Origin: Mytilus trossulus
Taxonomy: Eukaryota
Reading direction: 5' to 3'
Assembly (NCBI RefSeq): GCF_036588685.1
Contig: NC_086375.1
Location: 5,022,001 to 5,086,000 of the forward strand
Length of the DNA stretch: 64,000 bases
The notes below the pieces were generated by a model. The model worked only from the letters and a program-made list of their open reading frames with translations. It did no database searches and was not told the origin of the DNA. Within the stretch, counting starts at the first letter, position 1. Each line of letters starts with the position of its first letter. The position numbers were made by a program, and so were the translations under genes. Shown in pieces: positions 40,471-53,404 of this stretch.

Positions 40471-41000
40471 AAAAAGAAGATGTGGTATGATTGCAAATAA
40501 GACAACAGTCCACAAGAAACCAAAAATGACACAGACAATAAAAACTATAGGTGGCCGTACGGCCTTCAAAAATGAGCAAAGCCCATACCGCATAGTCAGC
40601 AATAAAAGGCCTCGATAAGACAACGTAAAACAATTCAAACGAGAAAACTAACGAATGAACAAAAAACAAAATTGTAACACATAAACTAACGACAACCTCT
40701 GAATTACAGGCTCCTGATTTGGGGCAGGAACATACATAAATAATGTGGCGGGGTTAAACATGTTAGCGGTATCCCAACCCTTCCCCTAATCTGGGACAGT
40801 GGTATAACAGTACAACATAAGAACGAATTATAAAAATCAGTTGAAAAAGCCTTAAATCATCAGATGGACAAAAATAAGTAGACGTGGCCGGGTACATCCC
40901 GACACAAAAAGACACAATGAACAGATCTGAGAGTACTCGCAGTTATCTGACAGTCAGTTCAAAGCCACTAACAACTAATAAAAAATAATGCATCTAAGAC
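40471..41000. mobile_element. Longer family B-related dispersed repeat
   Basis: Begins aaaaagaagatgtggtatgattgcaaataagacaac; shares ggctcctga(c/t)ttggg(a/g)cagg block with the Naiad 3' region. Confidence 0.6.
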
Positions 41001-42034
41001 TATATACATGGGTGGATGCAAATAATTTTAATCAAATGAGGAACAACTACTAGTAACACATCTGAAGAAAAATATGGATCTTAAGGTTTTCATCTCTGGT
41101 CTGCGGGCAATATTATATATACGAGAGGGTGGTTACAGTCCCGAAAAAATGCATTCTTTCCTTGATCATTGCTTCACGATTCCCAATAAGTTAACTCCAG
41201 AATTACTTCGAAAATAAAGGCCAAATCCCGAATATATAAAAAAAACCCCTCTTTATTTCGGTTTAGATCCAATCATTTGATATTCAAAGTCTAGTACTAT
41301 TGATAACAGAAATTGCTAGGGAAGCAAAGATATAACAGCAATCCAACAACCTAACATAAAACTTTAAAAAAAAAATAAAAAAATTTGGCATCCAACACAA
41401 GGAATATCATAAAATGGGGTTCAATAAATAGATAAGGGGATAATTATCTATATCAATTGATCAGCTTCTTGGTAAAATGTATGTTGAAAATTGTCTAGTG
41501 TAGTAAATCGTGTAAAAGTATTAAACCTTTTCCAACGACATTATTGTTGTAACCACCTGTTGGGTATTTGATTTTAAAAGTCAACCGCTGAATTATCGGT
41601 ACAGTCTATGGGAGGTAACTCTGGTATTTCTATTTTTTTTTATCCCAAGTTCATCCTTTATTCTCTCATTGTCAAACAAATCAACAAAACAGTGGTAAAA
41701 TTTTGATACAAATAATAATTTTATGTCATAAAGAGCTTAAATTACAAAATATGCATATCATAAAATTCCCCTGATAGTGTTTATTAGTGTTTATTCGGAA
41801 AAACAAAAATCTGTTAAATCTTATCACAGAAATTAAAAAAAATGTCATTTCTTTTCCACAACTTAATCAAGAGCCCGTAATTCAGTGGTTGTCGTTTGTT
41901 GCAATGTTACGTATTTATTTTCGTTATTTTACTTTTTGTACACAAATTAGACCGTTAGTTTTTTGCTTTGAATTGATTTACCGTGATTTGTAATGTCGTT
42001 GACTTTTATAGCTTACAATGCGGTGTGGGCTTTG

Positions 42035-44660
42035 AAACAAGAAAATAAAAATAAAAATTATACAAGACTTACAAAGGCCAGAGGCTCCAGACTTGGAACA
42101 GGCGCAAGAATGCGGCGGGGTTTAACACGTTTATGAGATCTAAACCCTCCCCTATAACTCAAGCCAATGTAGAAAAGTAAACGCATCACAATATGCACAT
42201 TAAAATTCAGTTCAAGAGACGTCCGAGTCTGTTGTCAGAATATGTAACCAAAGAAAATAAATAAAATGACAATACTTCATAAATAACAACAGACTACTAG
42301 CAGTTAACTGACATGCCCGCTCCAGACTTCAACTAAACTGATTGAAAGATTATGTCTTTATCATATGAACAATAGGCACAATCCTTTCCGTTAGGGGTTT
42401 AGTATCATACTATCATAACAAATATGAGAAGAACATAACCCGTGTCATGCCAATATCTGGTTTGTAAATAAATGTGTGAAAAGACCCTATAAGTGAATCA
42501 ATATTAACACCAACATATGCAATCTTTAATGACCTGACAACAGTATCGTAACAATATCCATTCTTAATAAGTCTATTAAAAGGTTTTGTTAGCTTCTGAG
42601 GTGAATACTCACATGTTTGTGCTTTATAAAGAATATTTCCAAAAAAATTGGATGTGAAATACCTGAACGTATAAGAAGTCTGCATGTTAAGCTATATTTA
42701 CGAATGATCTTCTTATAGTGATGATAAAATTTAGTAAATGTTTGGCCTAGTTTGTGATATCGAAAACCCTGGTGTAATAATTTTTCAGTATTAAATACAT
42801 AAATTTCTCTCGTTAAAATCTCCAATATTGTTACATATACGAGCGAATCGTACAAGTTGAGATATATAAACACCGTAAAGATGGTGACAAGGGAACGCCA
42901 CCATCTAAAAATGGATCATTAACGATAGTAAATGAAAAATCATCTCTTTTATCCTAAATTTTAGTATTAAGCTTTCCGTTAATGATATAGATATCAAGAT
43001 CGAGGAAAAGGCAGTGGTCAATGTTAGTATTAGTTTTATTCAAAGTAAGTTCAACATGATAAAGTTCTTTAGTATACATACTGAAGTCGTCATTATTGAG
43101 AGACAACATATCATTCAAATAACTAAAAGTATTATTAAATGTGAATCAGATGTTGTTTCGATGGGTCTTTGCTGTTTTTTGTCATAAATTGTAACTCATA
43201 GCAATACAAAAACAGGTCCGCAATAAATGGTGCACAGTTAGTCCCCATTAGAATCCCGATAACCTGAAAATATACGGAATCTCCAAAGCGAACGAAAATG
43301 TTATCTAGTAAAAATTCAAGGGCAGATATAGTAACAAAGCATGTCCAATTGACAAAGTTTTTTAGTTGATTGCTACTAGAAAATGACCTAAACGAGTTTG
43401 AACATGTATATTCACACTCTGACTTTATAAATGCCAATTTAATTAGGTATGTGGCTTTTTTTCTTAATGGAAATGTGAGGCAATGTGGTATATTGGGTAG
43501 AAAAATCAAAAGGTTGAATAGATTCAAAATCACCAATATAATCATGCAGTTTATCAAGTACTTACAACGAGTTTTTGACACTCCAAAAGTAATTAATTCC
43601 ACTATTTTCGAGGGGCCATTTTCGAAGGCCTTATTTGAACAATTTATTATCAGTTTTTTTATTTTACCAAGTGTACTGGTAAGAACAATAGACAATTTAG
43701 CAGAGGAACAATGGCTTGAAGACGAAATAAATCTATATTTGTAGGGTGTTTTGTGGAGCTTCGGAAGCCAATACATCGTATTTGGTTCTGCTTGTAAAGC
43801 GGTAGATGTTTTTTTACAGATGCCGTTTGCTGAAAATGGAGTCAGTTGGAATGTTGGTGAATTGGTGATTTCTTTTTGCAGATCCTTAATGTAAAATTTA
43901 CGGGGCGCCGAATGGGACTTGCGTTTTGTAATCAAAATCAATTTTGTGTACACAAAATTCAATTATGACATAGCAAAATCATTTTTGTCATTTGTTTTAA
44001 TTTCCATATTAGGTACCAAAATTCAATTTTGTATGCAAATAGGTATGCAAATATAAACTTATTTGCATACAAAATTGACTTTTGTTACCTAATATGGAAA
44101 TTAAAACACAAAAGTCAATTTTGTGGGACAAAATTGAATTTGTACACAATTAACAAGTTGATCAAATTAGCATCATGTGATTTTGTAATGAATTTTGTGT
44201 TTATTTTTGTGTAGACAAAATTGACTTTTGTGACACAAAATTGACTTTTGTGACACAAAATTGACTTTTGTGGCACAAAGTTGACTTTTGTGTTAAATTT
44301 TCCCTTCTGTTTAACAAAACTCATTTTTTTTCTACACAAAATCTCAGTTTTGTATGCAAATTAGTTCACTGAATTCAAACTAAACTAATTAGCATACAAA
44401 ATTGACTTTTGTCGCCCAATTTTCAATTAGGTAACAAAAGTAAAGTCTGTGTTACAAAAATGAATTTTGTTATGACAACAGTAACTTTTGTCCACTGAAA
44501 GATAATTAAATTTGTAGTATGCTACAAATTTTGTTAAACTGAAATCATTTTTGTTGAACAAAACTCACTTTTGTCCGTACAAAATTGAATTTCGAGTACA
44601 AAACTACAAGAGTCCCATTCGGCGCCACGTAAAATTTACGTCAAACAATAATAATAGCAG
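42035..44660 (-). mobile_element. Decayed Penelope-like (Naiad-type) RT retroelement, interrupted by a MITE
   Basis: MYWLPKLHKTPYKYRFI, FDFSTQYTTLPH (motif A, frameshifted), GILMGTNCAP (B), FSYLND (mutated YLDD), FLDLDI, YISQL-type thumb; stops and frameshifts. Confidence 0.85.
43899..44631. mobile_element. MITE with TACG...CGTA ends inserted in the RT ORF
   Basis: TIR tacggggcgccgaatgggact / agtcccattcggcgccacgta; duplicated gtaaaatttacg makes TSD length ambiguous (5-11 bp); internal acaaaattgacttttgt repeats. Confidence 0.85.
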
Positions 44661-44796
44661 AACCGGCGGGAATAATTACCGTTTTTGGACGAGTTTTAGT
44701 ATGGGCCACTCTTCTGTTGAGAATTCGCGAAGGGCCGCCAGAAGGAATTGCTTCCACGATAAAAGAAATATTTAGAGTTGTCCCTCTTTAAGTATT

Positions 44797-45225
44797 AAAA
44801 GTAAAATCACAAAAATACTTACCACCGAGAAGGACCCTAATCAAATGGCAAAATGAAAAGCTCAAACACACCAAACGAAGGAATAAAAAGTTACAACTGT
44901 CATATTCCTGACTTGGTCGGGTACATGCATTTTCTTGTAGAAAATGGTGGAATAAACCTGGTTATATAGCTAGCTAAACATTTCACTTGTATGACAGTCG
45001 CATCAAATTCCTTTATATTGACAACAAACAGTCATAATAGATAAAATGACACAAATAGGGTTACAGTAGGCAACTTTGTGTTATAATCTTAATCACTATA
45101 AAAAATCAAACAGATATGTTGTAAAGAAGCACACGGGGCATAAAGACAAAACACATAAGCAAAAATATGAAAAACAATAAAATTCAAATATTTACAATAG
45201 GACAATAACACAATGACGGGATGCA
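44797..45225. mobile_element. Dispersed repeat family C
   Basis: Homologous to 54118-54560, 55108-55280 (inverted) and 60943-61020. Confidence 0.7.
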
Positions 45226-46407
45226 TAATCAAATGATAAGATTATTTCTATTTCGAATTGCATACAAATGTGATGAGATATTTTGATTAAGTCACAATGT
45301 TAACAGATTTCCGTATTATTCGCTGAAAACCTCTACATTTTTCATTCAATGTTATGACTTCTTTTTTTATAAATCTTAAACTCGGGTTGTTGGCTTTAAA
45401 TACCTTACGTTTCAATTTTTACAAATCTCCGCCTATATTTGAGGGTGGAGCTATATGTATTTAAGTAGTATACACTTTAATATTCTTGAAGTCTTCGTCA
45501 ACTCGTTGCATTCGAAGCTAGGTAAGACTATTTTCATTATTAAATTAAAAAAACCCATCTCTTTCCCTTAAAAACTTTCTAGATTTTATAAGAAGGAAAA
45601 TTGTCACTCGAATATACATAAGTATTGAATGTCGTTTATTATTTTGTACATATTATTTATCATGGTTTTATGTAAAACTCGCCCCTAACATTTTGCATTG
45701 ATATCAGGGTCGGGACTTACGAGGTCAGGAATTGAAGTTGAAAAGAATAAATCCCTAAAATTATTTTTTTGTATATATAACTTGTTTTTTGAGGTATGTA
45801 TTTACTAAACATTTGTTTTTATTGATATGAGTGACGAACCGAAATCTTCATACATTTTCGAATTATAATACAAATACGACATTCCTCTTTATTGCTATGA
45901 TCTTGAGTTTTAAGGCCCGCCCGGCCTTGACTTCTATTAGAAACCAATTTTTTTTAAATACTTTAATAAGATCACCTTGCATTGAAATTAATTACAAAGT
46001 GTGTCGTCAGCCAGAAATAAATAATTCTATAGTCGCCAGTTGTCTTCCTACGATAGTTCTCTTGTGGTACTTCGGTTTCTCTGCAATGAAAATTTGGCCT
46101 TCATGATATGCCATTAGACTGCTGCAGTTACGTTAAACATAAATCAATCAATCAATCAATTTTCAAATAGCTTTCAAAGACCGGAAATAATCCAATCACA
46201 TGGGCCACAGGATCAAATTACAATTATTAGAATAACATGAATAAAGAGTACTGGTATTGCTTGGTTTTTGTTTCGTATAACGTCCAGTGGGAAATATAAC
46301 ATGCATATTCAGGACAAAAACACTGATAGATATGTAAATAGTTATCGTAATTTCTTCAATTATTTTTAGATATTGAGATTATGTTGCAGTTGACATGCCC
46401 AAACTAT

Positions 46408-46852
46408 TAGAATCATATTCAAAACAGTGTGGTCCTGGCCATTGATTGACGATCTAAATTATCCCATTGACTTGGACAGATTAGGTGAACGTTTGTCTGT
46501 AACGACCATTGCTCACTTCTTACTTATTATAGAATTTAAACTGTGGGGTCACCAAAGGTTCTTAACGCCTCTAATGATAAAAGAATTCGAAAAATTATTC
46601 AGGAATAACGTTTATGTTTTGATTTATATTATTGATATAAATCAACACATTGTATTATTCAGGATTCGTTTTTCGAATTGCTTTATTTAGGGGTTGAGAA
46701 CCTTTGGTGACCCCACAGATTCAGTGTCTTTAACAAGTACATAGTGAGCAGTGGTTGTTACCGACAAACGTTCACCTAATCTGTCCCAGTCAATGGGATA
46801 ATTTAGGTCGTCAATCAATGGCCAGGACCACACTATTTTGAATATGATTCTA
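46408..46852. mobile_element. MITE with ~165-bp TIRs, TAG...CTA ends, TAT TSD (Academ-like)
   Basis: tagaatcatattcaaaa...ggtcaccaaaggttct mirrored at 46690-46852; TAT at 46405-46407 and 46853-46855. Confidence 0.8.
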
Positions 46853-47209
46853 TATGAAAAATCAGAAAAGCGGTGGCGGGTCAAAAAGGCTTTATCTTAA
46901 ATTTAGGTGGCTCTCTTAATTAAGACTTTCATTCTAGTACCGTTTTTGCATTTAAGTGCGCATTTATGTCTTGTTAAACTTTTGTTGAATTTTATTGTAT
47001 ATTCTTCAAAATCGACCTTCACCCATGAACAAAAATGTAGACAAGCTTTATGCGAGATTTTATTGAACCAAATTGGTGCTGGAGAGTTGTTGCATTGGCA
47101 TCGGCATTCTAATTGGTTGTCTGGTTGTGTAAGAGGACCTTCATAATGAGGTTTAACGCAAAGTGAACAAATTCGGTTGAATCTACACGCGAACATTTTA
47201 AGTCGCATC

Positions 47210-47320
47210 AACGTGAAATCGATGGTATAAACGTCATTTCTGCGTATTTTCTAGATTTGACTGGTGTTGGGAGAAGACACTATAACTACTCCAGTGTGAA
47301 ACGACTTTCGGTTGGTAAGT
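47210..47320 (+). promoter_or_regulatory. Candidate promoter and non-coding first exon of the GIMAP cluster
   Basis: TATAAA at 47226, IRF-like GAAA/ACTTTCGGTT motifs, strong donor G|GTAAGT at 47315. Confidence 0.45.
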
Positions 47321-47659
47321 TTATAACTTTAGTGAGTATAAATATTTGTATCTAAGATAGTTTAAGACAAGATCTACAAATTAGTCAACATAGCTGAAAT
47401 ACAGTGGAATGGAGATGTTGTCATAACAGGACGCAAATTTTATCAATATTTTTCGATTTTGGTAAAAAAAGAAAAAAACCCAACATTCACAACTTAAACA
47501 ATCAGACAAGATCTATAGTTACTAATTAACATTGTCAAGTCGTATCTCCACTTCTATACAGAGTTATTTTTCTTAAATTGCATTTTTTCAAACATTATTT
47601 GTTTCGTTCAAATCAAAACGATTGTAGATAGGGAGAAACTAGATGTTAGACACAATCAT

Positions 47660-48252
47660 TGTGGCCGGATGCGGCCGTTTCACCTATTCTTATTTTCGCG
47701 TTTTTCCGTTCACTTTGCAAACGCGAAATCGGGGAAGCGAGAAAGCGAAAACGCGAAATAGATTATTGAGAAATCGGTAAAGCCAGAAATCGAACATGCA
47801 AACTCGAGAAAACGAAATCGAGAAATCGCAAAAAGCGAAAAAGCGAAATCGGTTCATTGAGAAATCGAGAAATCAGGACATCGAAAACGCGAAAACGGGA
47901 AAATGGGAAATCTGGAAAGAGAAAACGTGAAATCAGAAACCGGGATATCGCGAAATCGCGAAATCAAGAAACCAAGAAAGCAAAGGCGCACAACGCGAAA
48001 ACAGGAAATTAAACAGATTTATCGATTTTCCTGAACCGGTCACCATATGTTATAGTTGCCGGATGCGGTCATTTCGCATTTTCGTTTTCGCTTTTTTTAT
48101 TTTCCAATTTCCCGATTTCTCAATTTCTCGATATCACTTTCTCGATTTCTTGATTTCTGATTTCCCTATTTTTCGATTTCGCGATTTCGCAGTTGCAAAG
48201 TGAGAGGCGAAAACGCGAAATGGTGAAATGGTCGAAATTTGACCTAGCTATA
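47660..48252. mobile_element. Two degenerate MITE-like units rich in gcgaaa/tttcgc repeats
   Basis: gccggatgcgg starts at ~47665 and ~48058; internal strand-symmetric repeats. Confidence 0.45.
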
Positions 48253-48413
48253 ATATCTTACTTTTTACATATTGTAACGTGGATGGAGAGTTGTCTAACT
48301 TGCTCTCAGACCAAATCTTCTTTTAGTACTATATATATTACCTTCTAAAACGAATGTGTGCGCAAGATGAATTATGATGAAGCTTATTTGCTCATTTCAG
48401 GGACACGTATAAA

Positions 48414-49208
48414 ATGGACAACCCTGACGAACTCCGAATCATATTATTAGGAAAAACAGGTGCTGGAAAAAGTAAGACAGGAAATTCGATACTCGGAAGG
48501 GATGCATTCAAGTACGGTGATTATGGTTCTTCCGTTACATCAATCTGTCAAAAGGAGACTTCCGGTAGATTTGGGAAGAAAATTGACGTGGTTGATACTC
48601 CCGGGGTTTTTGATACTGATCAAGACAATGAGACGATTCAACGAGAAGTAAAACGGAGCATTATCTTATCTTCTCCTGGTCCGCATGCTATCCTACTTTG
48701 TATTCGAGTGGCTCGATTTACAAGGGAAGATGTCAAAACACTTGAACACTTCGTGAGATATTTCGGGAAGGAGATGCTTAAATACGTAGTTGTTATCTTC
48801 ACACACTTAGATCAACTTTTAGACGACTACATTGATCAAAATGAAAATCAAACTAAAACAAATTTTATAAGTTCTCTACCAAAAGATGCTCAACAATTTC
48901 TGAGAATGTGCGGCAACCGGTATTTGTTTTTTAATAACAGAAGAAGAGGGAGCGAAAACGATAATCAAATAAAAGATCTTCTAATGACTGTTTCGTCAGT
49001 TCGGCAGCAAAACGGAAATACTTGCTACACTAATTCAGATTACAAGAAGGTTGAACTGATGCTTCAAGAACGTATGAAGGAAGAAAATGAAGACAGAGAT
49101 ACTGTTATAAATAACGACGAGTTTTACTTAAAAGTTATGGAAGTAATTGGTGTTGTTAGTAAAATTGCCTTAAAATTTGTTGAGATCATGTTAGAATTAG
49201 ACGGCTGA
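48414..49208 (+). CDS. GTPase IMAP family (GIMAP/AIG1) protein 1, 264 aa
   Basis: LLGKTGAGKS (G1), SVT (G2), DTPG (G3), SPGPHA..RFT conserved box, FTHLD (G4), FNN (G5); acceptor TTTCAG ends 48400; AATAAA 49452. Confidence 0.95.
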   Translation: MDNPDELRIILLGKTGAGKSKTGNSILGRDAFKYGDYGSSVTSICQKETSGRFGKKIDVVDTPGVFDTDQDNETIQREVKRSIILSSPGPHAILLCIRVARFTREDVKTLEHFVRYFGKEMLKYVVVIFTHLDQLLDDYIDQNENQTKTNFISSLPKDAQQFLRMCGNRYLFFNNRRRGSENDNQIKDLLMTVSSVRQQNGNTCYTNSDYKKVELMLQERMKEENEDRDTVINNDEFYLKVMEVIGVVSKIALKFVEIMLELDG

Positions 49209-49671
49209 TGTTATTGTTATATTTGTTTTACCAATTTGTCGTTAAAATTTTTCACTACACAACATTGGCAGAGTGTTTCTTTCTCTCAAAGGCAATCTGT
49301 GGTAGATTCTCATGGATGTTATACATATAATAGCCTGTATGATTTAATATCAATAGCTAAGGTTTAATATATGAATGTAAGATAACATACTGTATGTTGT
49401 AACAATTATATATGTTATGTGTATATGCCTCCTATGAGACCTTATTTGGAAAATAAAATGACTTATCTTATCTTTTCTTATAATTTTTTTTTCTCAGTGT
49501 CAAAATATAACCTCACTTTCAAACAGCATACACAACGTTTGTCCCACTTTAGTAAGGACGCTACTAATTACAAATGCACAAGAAAATGGTAAATAGTAAC
49601 AAAAAACTAAATTCGTATTGTTAAGATGCAAACAGACTGTGGGTATACCCTTATATTTTACAGTTTTATTT

Positions 49672-49850
49672 TTATGTTCCATGTATGGGCATTATGATTT
49701 TTGGTCTGTGGGTCTGTCCGTTCGTTTGTCCGTCTGTCTGTCCCGCTTCAGGTTAAAACTTTTAGTCAAGTAAGATTTTGATGAAGTTGAAGACCTATCA
49801 ACTTGAAATTTAGTCAACATATTCCCTGTGCTATGATTTATAATCCATAT
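49672..49850 (+). mobile_element. Partial HINE-like element
   Basis: Matches 5' half of 53034-53334. Confidence 0.6.
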
Positions 49851-49897
49851 TCAAAATGTCAAATTACGGTCTTGGCTCAAACCGAACAGCAGCTATA

Positions 49898-50097
49898 AAA
49901 GAGGGACGAAAGATACCAAAGGGACAGTCAAACTCATAAATCTAAAAAAAAAACTGACAACGCCATGGCTAAAAAAGAAAAAGACAAACAGAAAAACAAT
50001 AGTACACATGACACAACATAGAAAACTAAAGAATCAACAACACGAACCCCACCAAAAACTAGGGGGGATCTCAGATTATCCGGAAGGGTAAGCAGAT
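49898..50097. mobile_element. Dispersed repeat family D, nested in a family B fragment
   Basis: aaagagggacgaaagatacca(a/g)agggacagtcaa also at 60604-60760 and inverted at 57112-57271, 62519-62553. Confidence 0.7.
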
Positions 50098-50493
50098 ATA
50101 AAGGGTTCCGAAAATGACTAGTGGAAAACTATTTAAACGGGAAAACCAACGATCAAATCTATGTAAAAAACGAGACACCAATGAACCACAACAACAAACG
50201 ATAACTACTGAACATCAGATTCCTGACCTAAGACAGGTTAAAATAAATACAGCGGGTTAAAACGTTTTAAAACATTCACCTTTGTTGTCGTTTAAGCTAT
50301 TAATTATTTTATGATACATTACATATGAAAGTTGTTAATGTTTGTGTCATGTTGGTCTTTTGTGGATAGTTGTCTCATTGGCAATCATACCACACCTTCT
50401 TTTTTTATATTTAATTGAAAAAGAAATAATTTTTCAGATAACATTTCCGTAACTTTTTAATTATTTGATGATCCCGTTTAATTTCAGCCATCA

Positions 50494-51246
50494 ATGGCTT
50501 CTTATGAGATTGAAGACTGGGTGAAACCTGTTAACACTTTCGTGCTTTTAGGCAGACCTGGATCCGGTAAAAGTCGAACAGGAAATACAATAACAGGATG
50601 TAATAAAGCGTTTGAGTTTGGTTTTCATTCCAAAACAACGTCTAAAAAGTGTGAATCTAAGTTAACGGAAATATGTGAAGCTGAAGTTTGTGTAATCGAC
50701 ACTCCTGGGGTTTCCGTGTTTGAAAAACAGGATTTTGAGGACATTCAATCAGCTTTGCCCGAAGAAGGACCAAGTAAAATCATATTTCTCCTTTGTGTAT
50801 CTATAGGGAGACTGACCCATGATGAAATCTCGCTTATAAATCAGTACTTTGCAGTTTTTGGTGATGAGTTTGCGGATAATACTATCATTATATTTACTCA
50901 CTTGGATGAATGGGAGTCCGACATGAACGACCGCAATGTCGAGAACCCAAAGTTTGACAGTTATCTCCACGAATTACCAGAACAAACCAAGACAATTTTC
51001 CGACGTTTCCATAACAGATATCTACCATTAAACAACAAACAGAAAAAGAGAGAAGAAACGCAATGGAACTTGAAACTAATGACAATTGCCAATTCTATGC
51101 AAGGGTTTAACATATCATACAACTTTCCTACCGTTAGCTACTCGAGCTATTTAAGAGAAATGGCTTTAAACTACTCAATCTATCTCAGAGAAATGGCTTT
51201 TAGATGTCTACGAAACATTCAAGGAAAAGTATTCGGCAATGATTGA
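50494..51246 (+). CDS. GIMAP/AIG1 protein 2, 250 aa
   Basis: LLGRPGSGKS, DTPG, IGRLT, FTHLD, LNN; acceptor TTTCAG ends 50487; AATAAA 51305. Confidence 0.92.
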   Translation: MASYEIEDWVKPVNTFVLLGRPGSGKSRTGNTITGCNKAFEFGFHSKTTSKKCESKLTEICEAEVCVIDTPGVSVFEKQDFEDIQSALPEEGPSKIIFLLCVSIGRLTHDEISLINQYFAVFGDEFADNTIIIFTHLDEWESDMNDRNVENPKFDSYLHELPEQTKTIFRRFHNRYLPLNNKQKKREETQWNLKLMTIANSMQGFNISYNFPTVSYSSYLREMALNYSIYLREMAFRCLRNIQGKVFGND

Positions 51247-51378
51247 ACTTAAAGCTTAAATGTTAGTTGATTTGGTATTCTTAGTGAGAATACACAATAA
51301 GACAAATAAAAGAAATGCTGACTTCAGCTTCTAGTATGTGATACAAAGACTTTTGGTTTAATTCTTTGAATTGTGTAA

Positions 51379-51644
51379 GGGAGCTACCATTTCATTTTTA
51401 TGGGGGGGGGGGGGGGGGGGTGCTATGATGAAATTTGAAAAAAATTAGGCAGGACAGGAGTTTTGAGTAAAAAAAAAAGCAGGATGAGACACTAGCAAAA
51501 AAAATTCAGGACGACAATTTAGGTAAAAAGAAATGGCAGGACCGATAAGAGTTAAAAATAAAAAAGGCAGGACAGAGATTACAACTAAAAAAAATGCAGG
51601 ACAAAATTTTTCATCCTAGCCATAAAAATCAAATGGTAGCTCCC
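51379..51644. mobile_element. PIF/Harbinger-type MITE
   Basis: TIR gggagctaccattt / aaatggtagctccc flanked by TAA TSD; internal aaaaaggcaggac repeats. Confidence 0.85.
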
Positions 51645-52331
51645 TAACTTAATATACCCATCAGCGTAAATTGAATGATGACACAGTGGTTATTAATAAA
51701 AGATTAAAAGAATGTAGAAATATTTGGTTCATTATTCAAATAAGTTAATGGGAATTTTTGCTATCCCAATAATGAATATGGCCAAGTTTGGTGTTACAAA
51801 TCAAGAAGTTGCATTCTAATGTATAATTATGGCGGATATTCCCTTCCATAGTATTCCGATCAGTGTCATTTTAAGTTACAACAACAAATATGTCCCAATT
51901 CACGTTCAAAATACATTTGACGTTGTAATGGTACTGCAACTCACGCACACATGTTCCAGGTAGTGTTCCGGAAGTTAACATCCACTTTTTCTATCGATTT
52001 TAACTATTTTTTAATCATGTGAACGTTTCATGGTGTTCCGGGGGTTGAACACACCCCCTTTTCAAAATTAACGGATATGTGCCTTCGCAAGTGCATCCCT
52101 TGATTTATTGGAGACATTGTTTTGTCAGATGTCTCATTTTCTTCCCTCTAAACTTGATCATTTTTATTTTTGATCTGACATAATGATTAGGGAGATCAAC
52201 TTACATGTAACATGGTATATGTTGTTGTAGATATTCACTGTTAACGGCCATCTTGGATTGTACAATATCAGTACACAGTCGGTCTACTTATTCTTCTAAA
52301 TCTTGAGACAGATTTGCATTTTATGTGTAAA

Positions 52332-52496
52332 TAGATATAGGAAGATGTGGTGTGAGTGCCAATGAGACAACTCTCCATCCAAATAACAATTTAAAAATTA
52401 AACCATTATAGGTTAAAGTACGGCCTTCAACACGGAGCCTTGGCTCACACCGAACAACAAGCTATAAAGGGCCCCAAAATTACTAGTGTAAAACCA
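52332..52496. mobile_element. Dispersed repeat family B, young copy
   Basis: Nearly identical, inverted, to 62665-62830. Confidence 0.8.
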
Positions 52497-53033
52497 AGAC
52501 TGCATTTTTGAATGAAGACAAATACGTAGTTCATTGCATTTTGCAAAAGGTTTAAAACAAAACCGAATATTAATGTTTTTGTTTTTAGAAATAATTTTTC
52601 AACTTGGCAATTTTAAAGAAGATAACTCTTATAGAAGACTTTTTGTACTGGTATACTGGTGTAATTTTCATTTCTTTCTTGTAGCAATAAAACAAGTTCA
52701 ATGACACCATTTTTTTCTTTTAATTTTCTAAAAGCATATATTAAAACATATGCTCTCTTATTTTTATTTCGAAATTTAATGTGATAAATTTCTTTTTGCT
52801 CGCAAAAATATTTGTTTTCATGAACAATTTATACAAATTTTTACAATTTTGCACGATGTGTAGCTTGAAAAATAGCATGGTGTACCAATTATATTTATCA
52901 TATTTTTGTAAAAAGGCATTGAAGAATCATTATTTGGCAAAGTATAAACACATTACATATGAGGATATATATATCGATGATCCACCTTTATACATATCTG
53001 AGTGCGACAATCAGTAAATCTGTAAGTTTAATA

Positions 53034-53334
53034 TTTATGCCCCACCTACGATAGTAGAGGGGCATTATGTTTTCTGGTCTGTGCGTCCGTTCGTCTGTTC
53101 GTCCGTCCGTCCGTTCGTCCGTCTGTCCCGCTTCAGGTTAAAGTTTTTGGTCAAGGTAGTTTTTGATGAAGTTGAAGTCCAATCGACTTCAAACTTGGTA
53201 AACATGTTCCTTATGATATGATCTTTCTTATTTTAATGCCAAATTAGAGATGTTACCCCAATTTCACGGTCCACTGAACATAGAAAATGATAGTGCGAGT
53301 GGGGCATTTGTTTACTGAGGACACATTCTTGTTT
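53034..53334 (+). mobile_element. Helentron-associated non-autonomous element (HINE/DINE-1/pearl-like)
   Basis: 5' atgcccc with nearby inverted ggggcat, (TCCG)n microsatellite, 3' subterminal ggggcat, T-rich ends without TSD. Confidence 0.75.
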
Positions 53335-53404
53335 ATTCACTGGTTTGCTTTAGCAATCGAATTATTGAAATGGCTGTGCACGTTTTATTTGTTTTCAGTA
53401 CAAC

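Noticed and set aside
43135-43962. 275-aa ORF as an active reverse transcriptase
   Set aside because: Starts inside a MITE, internal frameshifts, catalytic motif reads YLND
46903-47211. Cys-rich 102-aa minus-strand ORF next to the GIMAP promoter
   Set aside because: No signal peptide or recognisable domain; cannot be supported without a homology search
52188-52990. Kolobok-like element with weak terminal inverted similarity (gggagatcaac / gatgatccacc)
   Set aside because: TIR match too poor and no clean TTAA duplication
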